NCBI GenBank assembly: GCA_035221665.1
Contig: CM069134.1
Location: 112,344,001-112,408,000 of the forward strand
Direction of reading: 5' to 3'
DNA length: 64,000 nucleotides
Origin: Okamejei kenojei
Taxonomy: Eukaryota
How positions within the stretch are numbered: position 1 is the stretch's first letter; each line of letters opens with the position of its first letter. The position numbers were made by a program, and so were the translations under genes. The notes beneath the pieces were generated by a model, which was not told the DNA's origin, searched no databases, and saw nothing but the letters and a program-made list of their open reading frames with translations. Below are positions 24,096 to 37,047 of the stretch, piece after piece.

Positions 24096-24954
24096 TAATT
24101 ACACTTATAACTATCTCTGCATGTAAAATCCTTTTAACCCAACTGATTACTTCTTACTTCATCACCTATCTCACATGACATTAATAATTGGTGTTCTGGA
24201 ACTTATGTTGTGGCAATTTATTAACCTGTCCTTAAAACCAACACCAATTTTTGTAGGAGAAATAGTTAAAGTTATCCTGAGATGGGTAGAGATATTTCTG
24301 TATACTAAACAATGCGTAATTTATACTTCACATGATAAAATTAAAATAAGATATTTCAAAATCTGGAAACCATTTAAATATATTGGAACATTCCATTAGA
24401 AATATGAGTATAATCATGCACCCTATCCTTCCTGATATAGTAGTGGCCAGAGGATCTGGGTGACAGAGGAACTGAAGGAAATCCACATTAGGCAGGAAAT
24501 GGTGTTGGGTAGACTGATGGGACGAAGGCTGATAAATCCCCAGGGCCTGATGGTCTGCACCCAGGGTACTTAAGGAAGTGCCTCACGAAATCGTGGATGC
24601 ATTGGTGATAATTTTCCAATGTTCTATAGACTTAGGATCAGTTCCTGTGGATTGGAGGGTAGCAAATGTTATCCAACTTTTTAAGAAAGGTGGAAGAGAG
24701 AAAACGGGGAATTATAGACCAGTTGGCCTGACATCGGCGGTGGGGAAGATGCTGGAGTCAATTATAAAAGATGCACATTTGGATAGCAGTAACAGGATCG
24801 GTCCGAGTCAGCATGGATTTACGAAGGGAAATCATGCTTGACTAATCTTCTAGAATTTTTTTGAAGATGTAACTAGGAAAATGGACAAGGGAGAGAGCCA
24901 GTGGATGTAGTGTACCTGGACTTTCAAAAGCTTTTGATAAGGTCCCAATAGGAG

Positions 24955-25709
24955 TTATAAACCATTAACCATTAACAATTATAGCACGAAAACAGGCCCT
25001 CTCGGCCCTTCCCAGTCCGTGCCGACCATTTGTTTTCCCTAGTCCCATCTACCTGCACTCAGACCATACCCCTCCATTCCCTTCTCGTCCATATGCCTAT
25101 CCACTTTACTTTTAAATTTTAAAATTGATCTGCCTCACCACTTCTGCTGGAAGCTCATTCCACACAGCCACCACCCCTCTGAGTAAAGAAGTTCCCCCTC
25201 GCGTTTACCGAAACCTCTGTCCCTTAATTCTCATGTCATGCCCTCTTGTTTGAATCTTCCCTACCCTCAATGGGAAAAACATATCCACGTCAACACTTGG
25301 TCTATCCCTTTCATCATTTTAAAGACCTCAATTAAGTCCCCCCTTAACCTCTGCGCTCAAAAGAATAAAGACCTAACTTGTTCAACCTTTCTCTGTAACA
25401 TAGTTGCTGGAACCCAGGCAACATTCTAGTAAATCTCCTCTGTACTCTCTCTATTTTGTTGACATCCTTCCTATAACTAGGCGACCAAAATTGTACACCA
25501 TACTCCAGAATTGGTCTTACCAATGCCTTGTACAATTTTAACATTACTTCCCTACTCCTATATTCAATGCTCTGATTTATAAGGTCAGCACACCAAAGCT
25601 TTCTTTACCACCCTATCTACATGCGATTCCACCTTCAGGGAACTATGCACAGTTATTCCTAGATCCCTCTGTTCCACAGCATTCCTCAATTCCCTACCAT
25701 TTACCATGT
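24955..25709 (-). mobile_element. CR1 LINE second family, 5'-truncated, nested
   Basis: [22 protein letters not shown]; (TAACCAT)-type tail; near-identical to 30280-31023. Confidence 0.9.
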
Positions 25710-26675
25710 AGATTAGTGGGCAAAATGAGGGCACATGTTATTGGGGGTAGAGTGGTGACATGGATAGAGAAGTGGTTGGCAGACAGGAAACAAAGAGTAG
25801 GGATTAACGGGGTCCCTTTCAGAATGGCAGGCAGTGGGGTACCGCAAGGCTCGGTGCTGGGGCCGCAGCTATTTACAATATACATCAATGATTTGGATGA
25901 AGAGATTCAAAGTAACATTAGCAAATTTACGGATGACACAAAGCTGGGTGGCAGTGTGAACTGTGAGGAGGATGCTATGAGAATGCAGGGTGACTTGGAC
26001 AGGTTGGGGGAGTGGGCAGATGCATGGCAGATGAGGTTTAATGCGGATAAATGTGACGTTATCCACTTTGGTAGCAAAAAAAGGAAGGCAAATTACTATC
26101 TAAATGGCGTCAAGTTGGGAAAAGGGGAAGTACAACGGGATCTGGGGGTCCTTGTACATCAATGTATGAAAGTAAGCATGCAGGTACAGTACGCAGTGAA
26201 GAAAGCAAATGGCATGTTGGCCTTTATAACAAGAAGAATCGAATATAAGAGCAAAGAGGTCCATCTGTAGTTGTACAGAGTCCTAGTGAGACCACACCTG
26301 GAGTATTGTGTGCAGCATTGGCCCCTAATGTGAGGAAGGACATTCTTGCTATTGAGGGAGTGCAGCGTAGGTTTACAAGATTAATTCCTGGGATGGCGGG
26401 ACTGTCATATGCTGAGAGAATGGAACAGCTGGGCTTGTACACTATGGAGTTTAGAAGGATGAGAGGGTACCTCATTGAAACATATAAGATTGGTAAGGGC
26501 TTGGACACACTAGAGGCAGGAAATATGTTCCCGATGTTCGGGGAGTCCGGAGCCAGGGGCCACAGTTTAAGAATAAGGAGTAAGCCATTTAGAACGGAGA
26601 CGAGGAAACACTTTTCTCACAGAGAGTGGTGAGTGTGTGGAATTCTCAGCCTCAGAGGGCAGTGGAGGCAGGTTC

Positions 26676-29600
26676 AATTCAATTCAATTCAATTCAATCT
26701 TTAATTGTCATTGTGCAGTGTACAATACAGAGACAACGAAATGCAGTTGGTATCTCCGAAGGGCGAACTTACGAATAAAATACATATACAGTGGATTGGA
26801 TAGTCTGGGAGGGAGGGGGGAGGGAGGGGGGAGGAAGGGGTGGAGACGGGCAGTCATTGAGGTGCAGTGTTGAGGAGTGTGACAGCCGCAGGGAAGAAGC
26901 TGTCCTTGAGCCTGCTGGTCCGGCAGCGGAGGGACCTGTATCGTCTCCCGGATGGGAGGAGGGTAAACAGTCTATGGTTGGGGTGTGAGCTGTCCCTGGT
27001 GATGCTGTGCGCCCTGCGCAGGCATCGTTTACTATGGACAGACTCAATGGAGGGAAGTGAGGAGCCTGTGATGCGTTGGGTGATCTTCACCACCCTCTGC
27101 AGAGCTTTCCGGTCGGCGACAGAGCAGTTACCGTACCATACTGTGATGCAGTTGGTAAGGATGCTCTCGATGGTGCAGCAGTAGAAGTTCACCAGAATCT
27201 GGGGAGACAGGTGGACCTTCTTAAGTCTCCTCAGGAAGAAGAGACGCTCGTGAGCCTTCTTGATCAGCGAGGATGTGTTGTGGGTCCAGGAGAGGAACCT
27301 AAAGCTGGAAACACGTTCCACCTCCGTCCTGTTGATATGGATGGGGTTGTGCGTGCAGCCTCTCGATCTCCTGAAGTCCACAATGAACTCCTTGGTCTTC
27401 TTGGAGTTGAGGGCCAGGTTATTGTCGGCACACCATGCTGTTAGGAGCTGAACCTCCTCCCTGTAGGCCGACTCATCGTTGTCGCTGATGAGGCCAATCA
27501 TCGTTGTGTCATCTGCATACTTGATGATGGTGTTGGTACCATGTACAGGTATGCAGTCGTAGGTGAAGAGGGAGCAGAGGAGGGAGCTCAGCACGCAGCC
27601 CTGGGGTACACCAGTGTTCAGGGTAAGGGTAGAAGAGGAGTGGTTATCCAACCTAACTGACTGTGGTCTGTTGGTTAGAAAGTCCAGTAACCAATTGCAG
27701 AGGGAGGGGTTGATGCCCAGGTCTTCGACTTTGGCGATCAATTTCGAGGGGATAATGGTGTTGAATGCTGAGCTGTAGTCGATGAACAGCATTCTCGCAT
27801 AAGTGTTTCTGTTGTCGAGGTGGGAGAGGGTGGAGTGGAGTGCCGTTGAGATGGCATCCTCTGTGCTCCTGTTCTTGCGGTATGCAAACTGGTAGGGGTC
27901 CAGAGTGGGGGGTAGGCAGCATTTGAGGTGTGCCATGACCAGCCTTTCAAAGCACTTGGCGATGATAGGGGTGAGTGCAACTGGGCGGAAGTCGTTGAGG
28001 CTCGCCGCAGTGGAGTGTTTTGGCACTGGCACGATGGAGGTAGTTTTAAGGCACGTGGGGACAACTGCCTGGGCAAGTGACAGGTTGAAGATGTCAGTCC
28101 AGACGTCTGTCAGCTGTGCAGCACAGGTCCTGAGGACGCACCCGGGGATGCCGTCAGGGCCGGCAGCCTTACGTACATTGATCCTACTCAGTGCCACGTG
28201 CACGTCATAGGGGTTGAGTGTGAGGGGCTGGTGGTCATCGGGGAGCACAGCCTTGATGGCCAACTCTTGGTTGTCCCTTTCAAAGCAGCCATAAAAGTGG
28301 TTGAGCTCCTCGAGGAAGGATGCGTCGCTGGAAGTGGGGGTGGAGTTGCTGGTTCTGTTGTCAGTGATGGCCTGGATGCCATGCCACATACGTCGGGGGT
28401 CGGAGTTGCTGTCGAAGTGCTCCTCGATCAGCAGCTTGTATCTGTGTTTGGCGTTCTTGATGCCCCTCTTCAGATTGGCCCTCGATGAACTATAGGCACG
28501 GGCATCGCCTGACCTGAAAGCCGAGTCCCGTGCTTTCAGCAGTAGCCTGACCTCGCTGTTCATCCATGGCTTCTGATTCGGGTATGTGGTGATTTGTTTG
28601 AGAGTGGTGACACTGTTGATGGAGGAGTTCATGAAGTTCAGAACAGAGGAAGTATAGGCGTCAATGTCAGTGTGGGAGTCAAGGGTGGCCTGAGCTGCAA
28701 ACGCATCCCAGTCAGTGTTACCAAAACGCTGCTGGAGTGTGGAGTCCGCTTCATCTGACCAAACCTTGAATGTCCTCACTGTGGGTTTAACGCGTCTGAT
28801 GAGTGGGGAGTACTTAGGGAGCAGGAACAATGATAAGTGACTGACGAAGGTGGGGGAGGGGGATGGCTTTGTATGCTTCAGCCATGTCGGTGTAGACTTT
28901 GTCCAGTGTCTTGTCCTCTCTAGTGGCGAAGGAGACATGTTGGTGGAATTTGAGGAGTACAGTCTTCAGGTTGGAGTGATTGACGTCACCCAGGCTGCGT
29001 CAGTTGTTTGCTAATGGCAATATGCAGTTCTTTCATTGCAAGCTTGGCATTAGCATCAGGAGGAATATAGGAATCTGAAATTAGTTACAAAGTGGGGAGT
29101 ATCCCATACCTGCCTTCTCTCCATAACCCTCTGATCCCCTTAGCCACTAAACTCAAATGTGAAAGTGCTTCAATTGTTTTGAAGTATCATTGAAGGTACG
29201 GTTGCAAGAGTAATGACGGCAGTAGATTATTTCTCCAATGAGATGCACAATCTGGTTAGGAACTGCAGCATGTCCCCAATAACTCTCACCAATTTCTCAA
29301 GATGCGCCTGGAAAGCAATTTTATCAGATGCATCACAGCATAATTGGGGAATAGCTCCATCCAACCACATAAATTGCACTCATGCAAACCAATCTGTGTA
29401 CTGCACTGAGCAGTGATCTCAATGATCATCCCCAATCAGGTGGTGTCTCTGTGGGCAGAGAATTCCACAAAATACTGAGTAACTCAGTGGACAGGCAGCT
29501 GCACACCTTCTGCAAACTAATCTCCCTTTGACTCACCTACATTTCACGCTTGCATTTGTAAAGTGTGAAAACGCATACCCCCAGATGCATCAGGCAACTG

Positions 29601-30243
29601 ACCCCCACCTCTGGTAACCCGGAGTCAGATGTTCTGGCCGCTCGGAGTATGTGTCGTCCCGCTAGCTCAATGGCGCTGGCGGGAACATCAGAGTTCAGCC
29701 AGGTTTCGGTGAGGATCAGGATGCTGCAATCCTTGATCCAGTTGTAGGAGGCAATCAGAAGATGGAGGTCATCCATCTTGTTTGCCAGGGAACGGACGTT
29801 GGCAAGGAAAAGGCTTGGGATGGATGGCCTGTGTGGGGCTCGCTCCAACCTTGCCTTTAACCCACCTCGAGATCCATGGCGATGTTTTCGGGCCCGTCGC
29901 CGTCTGTGTGCACCTCCGGACGCCCGGGCCGACTTGGTGCGGTCCTCAGGTATACCACCCCGCAGCTCCGCAGATTCGCCGTCCCACAGCTCCGTGGACC
30001 CGCCGTACCGCAGCTCTGCGGTGAAGGTGAGTGCAGGAGGGAGCCGGAGTTCGTCTGGAAAGTCGACCGGGGGAACACTATAGCCGCAGGAACCAAGATT
30101 TAAAAGTTCCTGCCGGCTATAGTGGATGATAGAGAGACTGCTCCAGGTGAGCAGACTCAAAACAAGAAGTAGGGTGAGGTAAAGTTCGCAGATCTTAGGG
30201 AGACACGGGGCGTCGCGATGCACCCGCGCCGCCGCCATTTTGT
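26676..30243 (-). mobile_element. Rex1/Babar-clade LINE, apparently full length, with internal foreign segment 29072-29599
   Basis: APE motifs LANVRSL and LTETWL plus YIPP; intact RT; (TTGAA)n tail; GTTC repeated at 26672-26675 and 30244-30247; 5' end ACAAAATGGCGGC. Confidence 0.92.
26854..28938 (-). CDS. Rex1/Babar reverse transcriptase ORF remnant (694 aa open; N-terminal residues out of frame)
   Basis: [46 protein letters not shown]-terminal [18 protein letters not shown]...SFFP. Confidence 0.9.
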   Translation of the reverse strand: MSPSPLERTRHWTKSTPTWLKHTKPSPSPTFVSHLSLFLLPKYSPLIRRVKPTVRTFKVWSDEADSTLQQRFGNTDWDAFAAQATLDSHTDIDAYTSSVLNFMNSSINSVTTLKQITTYPNQKPWMNSEVRLLLKARDSAFRSGDARAYSSSRANLKRGIKNAKHRYKLLIEEHFDSNSDPRRMWHGIQAITDNRTSNSTPTSSDASFLEELNHFYGCFERDNQELAIKAVLPDDHQPLTLNPYDVHVALSRINVRKAAGPDGIPGCVLRTCAAQLTDVWTDIFNLSLAQAVVPTCLKTTSIVPVPKHSTAASLNDFRPVALTPIIAKCFERLVMAHLKCCLPPTLDPYQFAYRKNRSTEDAISTALHSTLSHLDNRNTYARMLFIDYSSAFNTIIPSKLIAKVEDLGINPSLCNWLLDFLTNRPQSVRLDNHSSSTLTLNTGVPQGCVLSSLLCSLFTYDCIPVHGTNTIIKYADDTTMIGLISDNDESAYREEVQLLTAWCADNNLALNSKKTKEFIVDFRRSRGCTHNPIHINRTEVERVSSFRFLSWTHNTSSLIKKAHERLFFLRRLKKVHLSPQILVNFYCCTIESILTNCITVWYGNCSVADRKALQRVVKITQRITGSSLPSIESVHSKRCLRRAHSITRDSSHPNHRLFTLLPSGRRYRSLRCRTSRLKDSFFPAAVTLLNTAPQ

Positions 30244-30252
30244 GTTCTCTGG

Positions 30253-31890
30253 ATATAACCATATAACCATATAACCATATAACAATTACAGCACGGAAAC
30301 AGGCCTCTCGGCCCTTCCAGTCCGTGCCGACCATTTGTTTTCCCCTAGTCCCATCTACCTGCGCTCAGACCATACCCCTCCATTCCCTTCACGTCCATAT
30401 ACTTTTCCACTTTACTCTTAAATGTTAAAATCGATCCTGCCTCCACCACTTCTGCTGGAAGCTGATTCCACACAGCCACCACCCCCCTGAGTAAAGAAGT
30501 TCCCCCTCACGTTACCCCGAAACTTCTGTCCCTTAATTCTCATGTCATGCCCTCTTGTTTGAATCTTCCCTACCCTCAATGGGAAAAACGTATCCACGTT
30601 ACTCTGTCTATCCCTTTCATCATTTTAAAGACCTCGATCAAGTCCCCCCTTAACCTTCTGCGCTCCAAAGAATAAAGACCTAACTTGTTCAAAACCTTTC
30701 TCTGTAACATAGTTGCTGGAACCCTGGCAATATTCTAGTAAATCTCCTCTGTACTCTCTCTATTTTGTTGACATCCTTCCTATAAACTAGGCGACCAAAA
30801 TTGTACACCATACTCCAGAATTGGTCTTACCAATGCCTTGTACAATTTTAACATTACTTCCCTACTCCTATATTCAATGCCTCTGATTTATAAAGGCCAG
30901 CACACCAAAGGCTTTCTTTACCACCCTATCTACATGCGATTCCACCTTCAGGGAACTATGCACAGTTATTCCTAGATCCCTCTGTTCCACAGCATTCCTC
31001 AATTCCCTACCATTTACCATGTACGTCCTATTTTGATTTGTCCTGCCAAGATGTAGCACTTCACACTTAACAGCATTAAACTCCATCTGCCATCTTTCAG
31101 CCCACTTTTCCAATGGCCCAAATCTCTCTGTAGACTTTGAAAATTGACTTCATTATCCACAACACCACCTATCTTAGTATCATCTGCATACTTACTTATC
31201 CAATTTTCCACCCATCATCCAGATCATTAATGTACATGACAAACAACAGTGGACCCAACACAGATCCCTGAGGCACCCCACTGGTCACCGGCTTCCAACC
31301 TGACAAACAGCCATCCACCATTACTCTCTGACATCTCCCATTCAGCCACTGTTGAATCCATCTTGCTACTCCGCCATTAACACCCAAAGATTGAACCTTC
31401 TTAACCAACCTTCCATGGGGAAACTTGTCAAAGGCCTTACTGAAATCCATATAGACAACATCCACTGCTTTACCCTCATCAATTTCCCTAGTTACCGCTT
31501 CAAAAAATTCAAGAAGGTTTGTCAAACATGACCTTCCAGGCACAAATCCATGTTTGACTGTTCCTGATCAGACACTGTTTATCCAGATGCTTATATATAT
31601 TATCTCTAAGTATCCTTTCCATTAATTTGCCCACCACTGACGTCAAACTAATAGGTCTATAATTGCTAGGTTTAGTCTTTGAACCCTTTTTAAACAATGG
31701 AACAACATGCGCAGTACGCCAATCCTCCGGCACTATTCCCGTTTCTAATGACATTTGAAATATTTCTGTCATAGCTCCTGCTATTTCTACACTAACTTCC
31801 CTCAATGTCCTAGGGAATGTCCTGTCAGGACCTGGAGACTTATCCACTTTTATATTTTTCAAAAGTGTCAGTACTTCCTCCTCTTTCAAT
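30253..31890 (-). mobile_element. CR1 LINE second family, 5'-truncated, nested
   Basis: [41 protein letters not shown]; (ATATAACC)n tail on the + strand at 30253-30283. Confidence 0.93.
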
Positions 31891-32084
31891 ATCCTTTCAA
31901 GAGAGAGCTAGACAGGGCTCTTAAAAATAGTGGAGTCAGGGGATATGAGGAGAAGGCAGTAACCGGGTACTGATTGGGGATGATCAGCCATGATCACATT
32001 GAATGGCAGTGCTGGCTTGAAGGGCCAAAATGGCCTACTATTGGCCACCTATTGTCTATTGTATATCATTTCCCTCACCACAGA

Positions 32085-32460
32085 GTTCATGGTTGATCTC
32101 TGAACTTTTCACTTTCTTTCATTTTTCTCACACCTTTGTCCATCAAAATAGTTTACATCCTCAAATTTAAAATGAACACTTGACCTAATACTAATTGCCT
32201 TTTGCAGAAGGGCATTCAAAAATGTATGTAACATTCTGCATATTTCTCAACCTCACTCTTCAATTTCAAGTGTACCCTCAAGTCCTGGACATTTCAGAAC
32301 GCAGATATAGTTTCTCACTATCAAACCAATCAGTTCCCTTTAATATCCCGAAAACCTCAGTCAAAACACCCCCAAACATTCAAGATTCCAAAGAATACAA
32401 CTGCAATTTCTGAAATCTCTCCTCATAACTAACCTGTGGAGAAGTCTCATTCTGATTAAT
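32085..32460 (-). mobile_element. Ancient CR1 3' fragment
   Basis: Degenerate match to the CR1 C-terminal segment (AAAGAATACAAC...AATCTCTCCTCATAAC). Confidence 0.5.
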
Positions 32461-32477
32461 CTGTATTGTACATCGAC

Positions 32478-33152
32478 AAAAAAAAAGCTGGAGTAACTCA
32501 ACAGCCAGGCACCATCTCAGGAAAGGAGTGAGTGACGTTTCAGGTCTCGATCCGAAACGTCATTTATCATCATTTATTTCATCATTTAAAATGTTTTCAT
32601 CATTCTTTATGTGCCTACCTTAAAATAGTCTTTCCCACATGCTCAATCAATTGGCATCTTTTTGACATTTTTTTTATTGCAGATGCTGGCAAAGTAAAAT
32701 AAAAACAGAAGCTGGAAATGCACAGCAGGTCAGGCCATACTGTAACAATGACCTGTTTCCTTTATCATCGTTACTTTTATGCATATCTTTTTGTCATTGT
32801 TCTCTATCTCTCCACATCATCATCTATATCTCTTGTTTCCCTTATCCCTAACCAGTCTGAAGAAAGATCTTGATCTGAAACGTCACCCATTTCTTCTCTC
32901 CAGAGATGCTGCCTGTCGATAGAAACATAGAAACATAGAAAATAGGTGCAGGAGTAGGCCATTCGGCCCTTCGAGCCTGCACCGGAACAATCTTCCTGCA
33001 TCTAGCCTGTCCAACCCCTTAAGAATTTTGTAAGTTTCTATAAGATTCCCCCCTCAGTCTTCTAAATTCTAGCGAGTATAAGCCGAGTCTATCCAGTCTT
33101 TCCTCATATGAAAGTCCTGACATCCCAGGAATCAGTCTGGTGAACCTTCTCT
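32478..33152. mobile_element. Cluster of PLE pLTR fragments in both orientations, with an internally deleted CR1 3' piece (32919-33113, -) inserted
   Basis: GTCTGAAGAAAGATCTTGATCTGAAACGTCACC...GCTGCCTGTC | CR1 | GCTGAATTACTCCAGC; mini-palindrome at 32485-32562. Confidence 0.75.
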
Positions 33153-33605
33153 GTACCCCCTCTATGGCAAGAAGCTGAATTACTCCAGCTTTTTGTGTCT
33201 ATCTTTGGTATCGTAATAGTTTGATGCAATTTTGTGAGAACTGATCAGTGGCACAAAACTAATATGAGTGAAAGGCCTGAGCTTTGAGATCAGTTTTATG
33301 GCTGGGGAATAAAGGAGTAATTATTGTTCTGTTCCTCATCCATATGAAACCCTGTTGGAACTTTTACATTGGCTTTACAAATTACAGTGTCATTGACATG
33401 GATGTGCATTGACCTTTCCAGTAAAGAGACTTTCCTTTCTTTAATAATTTCATTTCAGATCATTATATTAAATAATTTATTTATCAAATAGAATTCAATG
33501 CACAAATGCAATATAAATGTGTAATCTTTAATGGTCACAACCTTTTTCCAAATTTTCTGTTATAAACAAGAAAGTTCTAAAGAATATATGTCAGTCGCAA
33601 TTTGT

Positions 33606-34897
33606 CCTGAGCCAGCCACATCAAAGCAATGGCCAAAAAAGCACACGAATGCCTCTACTTCCTTAGAAGGCTTAAAAAGTTTGGCATGTCCTCAACAACA
33701 CTCACCAACTTCTATAGTTGCACCGAAGAAAGCATTATATCGGGATGCATTACAGCATTGCAGCATATCAGCTCCATCCAAGATCGCAAGAAAATGCAGA
33801 GTTGTGGACGTACCTTGGCAAGGCCACCAGCATAATCAAGGACCAGTCTCACCCTGGTCATTCCCCCTTTTCTCCCCTCTTCCCATCAGGCAAGAGGTAC
33901 AGAGGTTTGAAAACACGTACCTCCAGATTCGGGGACAGCTTCTTCCCAGCTGATGTTGGGCAACTGAACCATCCTCTCACCAGCTGGAGAACTGTCCTGA
34001 TTTCCCATCTATCACATTAGAGACTTTTTAACTATCTTTAATCAGACTTTATTGGACTTTATCATGCACTAAACATTATACCCATTATCTATAACTGCAC
34101 ATTGTGGACATCGTGATTGTAATCGTTTATAATCTTAGAAACATAGAAACATAGAAAATAGGTGCAGGAGTAGGCCATTCGGCCCTTCGAGCCTGCACCG
34201 CCATTCAATATGATCATGGCTGATCATTCAACTCAGTATCCTGTACCTGCCTTCTCTCCATACCCCCTTATCCCTTTAGCCACAAGGGCCTCATCTAACT
34301 CCCTCTTAAATATAGCCAATGAACTGGCCTCAACTACCTTCTGTGGCAGATAATTCCAGAGACTCACCACTTTCTGTATGAAAAATGTTTTCCTCATCTC
34401 GGTCCTAAAGGAATTCCCCCTTATCCTTAGAGTGTGACCCCTTGTTCTGGACCTCCCCAACATCGGGAACAATCTTCCTGCATCTAGCCTATCCAACCCC
34501 TTAAGAACTTTGTAAGTTTCTATAAGATCCCCCCTCAGTCTTCTAAATTCTAGCGAGTACAAACCAAGTCTATCCAGTCTTTCCTCATATGAAAGTCCTG
34601 ACATCCCAGGAATCAGTCTGGTGAACCTTCTCTGTACCCCTTCTATGGCAAGAATGTATTTTCTCAGATTTGGAGACCAAAACTGTATGCAATACTCCAG
34701 GTGTGGTCTCACCAAGACCCTGTACAACTGCAATAGAACCTCCCTGCTCCTAAACTCAAATCCTTTCGCTATGAATGCTAACATACCATTTGCTTTCTTC
34801 ACTGCCTTTCACTGATCTTTTCACTGATTGGATACCACACAACAAAAATGTTTTGACTGTACCTTGGTACACATGACAATAATGAACTAAACTAAAC
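33606..34897 (+). mobile_element. Rex1-like 3' fragment, split by CR1
   Basis: KKAHECLYFLRRLKKFGMS, TNFYSCTEESIISGCIT, HPGHSPFSPLFPSGKRYRGLKTRTSRFGDSFFP; tail resumes at 34808 and ends (AACTA)n. Confidence 0.85.
34136..34807 (-). mobile_element. Young CR1 LINE, 5'-truncated (189-aa uninterrupted ORF2 C-terminus)
   Basis: ORF 34233..34802; (TTTCTATG)n tail. Confidence 0.93.
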
Positions 34898-36014
34898 ATT
34901 TCTTTATATACTCCAAAATATCCCAAGGTGCTTTCATAGGGGCCCTGATCAAATAAAAGACTGGACTGGAAACGGACAAATTAGGGATTATGTCTTAAAG
35001 CTTGGCCATTGAAATTTGTTTTAAAAGACCAGATTCGATGATCGCAAAAATGTTAAGAGTTGCTTCTCAAGCTGGATGTTCCACTGTATTTTACTTTTAA
35101 GAATCGACATCACCATCCAGTCAGGTAATTTAGAAATTCAGGCTTAGATTGGAAAGGCACAATATTTCAAGTGTACAAATGAAAAGTAAATAACATGGAC
35201 ATCACTCTATTACTGGATAGACCACATCAAATTAGTTTATGAGAGAAAGTTACTTGAAAAGTGCTCTCTTCAGAAGGTCGCCATTCTTTTTGCTGTAAGA
35301 CATTAGTTTTGAACAATAATATTCATTGACAAGCTTTGTGCTCATAAAATGTGGCACGGCTTTGGGTTTCTTCTTAGCTGTGGCTACATTGAGAGATAAA
35401 AGCATTTGCATGTGGAAATAACAATAATGGGGGAAAAGCCAATAAAATTAAGTCAGCTTTATTTTTGGAAAAATATCTCTACTTATTTGCATTTTCAATC
35501 TTGGTGAAAACCCATTTAAATCTGTGAACTGGGAATATTTTTAGGCTCCATCACACATTTATGAGGATGTCTTTTGTGCAGTCCTTGCAACCTAATCTCT
35601 CGGAGAGTTCCTATTGTGCTTATGTACTTACAGCAGATAAAAGTTGAAGTCATTTGAGAGACAGAGGATAATCCAAAAAAAGCATGAATGGGTTCTATAT
35701 TAAGCACAGCCGGCAACAGGAGAACAGGAAGCTTTTTTGTCATTGTTTGAAATTGTATGAGATGAGTAACAATTATCTAAATTAGGATTCGCTTATGAAA
35801 AATTTAGGAATTCTGTTGGCAATTCACTTGTGCTCCATGTGGCCAAAGGATAATTATTTCTGTTTTTCAGTCAAGGAACTTTTGCTTTTTCATATCATGC
35901 AGAAATTAGAACTGAAATTTGTCTCAATGTGTTGGGATATCTGTTTATTTCATACTTGTGTCTACCTGATTCTATAAAGGTGTAATAATAAAAAAAAAGT
36001 TTATTTCTCTTTCA

Positions 36015-36130
36015 TAAGATCATGAGATCATGGGAGATAGGATCAGAATTAGACTATTCGGCCCATCAAGTCCACTCCGCCATTTAATCATGGCTGATCT
36101 ATCTCTCCCTCTCCTGCCTTCTCCCTATAA
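36015..36130 (-). mobile_element. CR1 3' end
   Basis: TATTCGGCCCATCAAG...ATCATGGCTGATCT...CCTGCCTTCTCCC. Confidence 0.7.
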
Positions 36131-36133
36131 TCT

Positions 36134-36406
36134 TAGTTTAATTTAGAGATACAGCACGGAAACAGGCCCTTCGGCCCACCGGGTCCGCGCTGACCAGCGA
36201 TCCCCGCACATTAACACTATCCTACACCCTCGAGGGACATTTACCAAGTCAATTAACCTACAAACCTGTACATATTTGGAGTGTGGGAGAAAATCCACGC
36301 AGGTCACGGGAGAAGGTACAAACTCCGTACAGACAGCACCAGTAGTCGGGATCGAACCCGGGTCTCGTTGTAAGGTAGCAACTCTACCGCTGCGCCACCG
36401 TGACTG
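36134..36406 (-). mobile_element. tRNA-derived SINE (HE1-like V-SINE)
   Basis: A box TGGCGCAGCGG, B box GGTTCGATCC, conserved central domain, CR1-like 3' end, (CTAAA)-type tail. Confidence 0.88.
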
Positions 36407-37047
36407 CCAATCTCTGACACCTCTTTCTTTCATTTGCCTCCAAACACTTTAATTTCCTTAGCAAATGTAGACAGCTGACTCCTCAGCTGTGTTTAAATGA
36501 AAGCAGCTTAGATCTTAATTATCAGCAAACCACTAAACTGTATAAATTTTCACAGGAAACCAAGTCATGTCCCCACACAATTTCCACACGCAGACTCCTT
36601 AAGCATTGTTCACCAGCTGATCTTTCCCACTACTGACCTCAGCTAACCTGACAATAAAGCGAGTAATGTCACTAATAAAATCAGCTTATCCAGCACAGAT
36701 CACATCGAATGGTTGTGTGCAACTCTTCACAATCAATGCGCCTTGGTAAAGACTGGCATAATTCCAGCAATTGCAGTTTGTGACTAAATTGCCTCAATGT
36801 TCCCTTTTCTGTTGTTTTAACACAATTGTTAACCTGGATATCAGTATCTCCACTGAAGTTAGTTTACATTCTTGGACACGTAAGAGAGTGCAGATGCTGC
36901 ATCTGTGGAGGACAAGGACGATCACGTTCATAGCTGTAGCTTGACCCGATAATATATCCTTCAACAGATTGTTTTGGTTTTTTTGCTTCACAGTCTTGGA
37001 GAATGTGTTTTGGTGAATCATGTTTGTTCTATTTAAGTCTTGCTCGG

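Larger units (their letters stand above)
24442..32062 (+). mobile_element. Host CR1 LINE in four collinear pieces (24442-24954, 25710-26675, 30244-30254, 31891-32062)
   Basis: RT motifs [19 protein letters not shown] and KFTDDTK. Sequence resumes exactly across each insertion (GGAGGCAGGTTC | GTTCTCTGGAT | CTTTCAAGAGAGAG). Tail (CTATTGT)n. Confidence 0.9.

Noticed and set aside
26867-28495. Many overlapping plus-strand ORFs
   Set aside because: Antisense or alternate frames of the GC-rich Rex1 RT.
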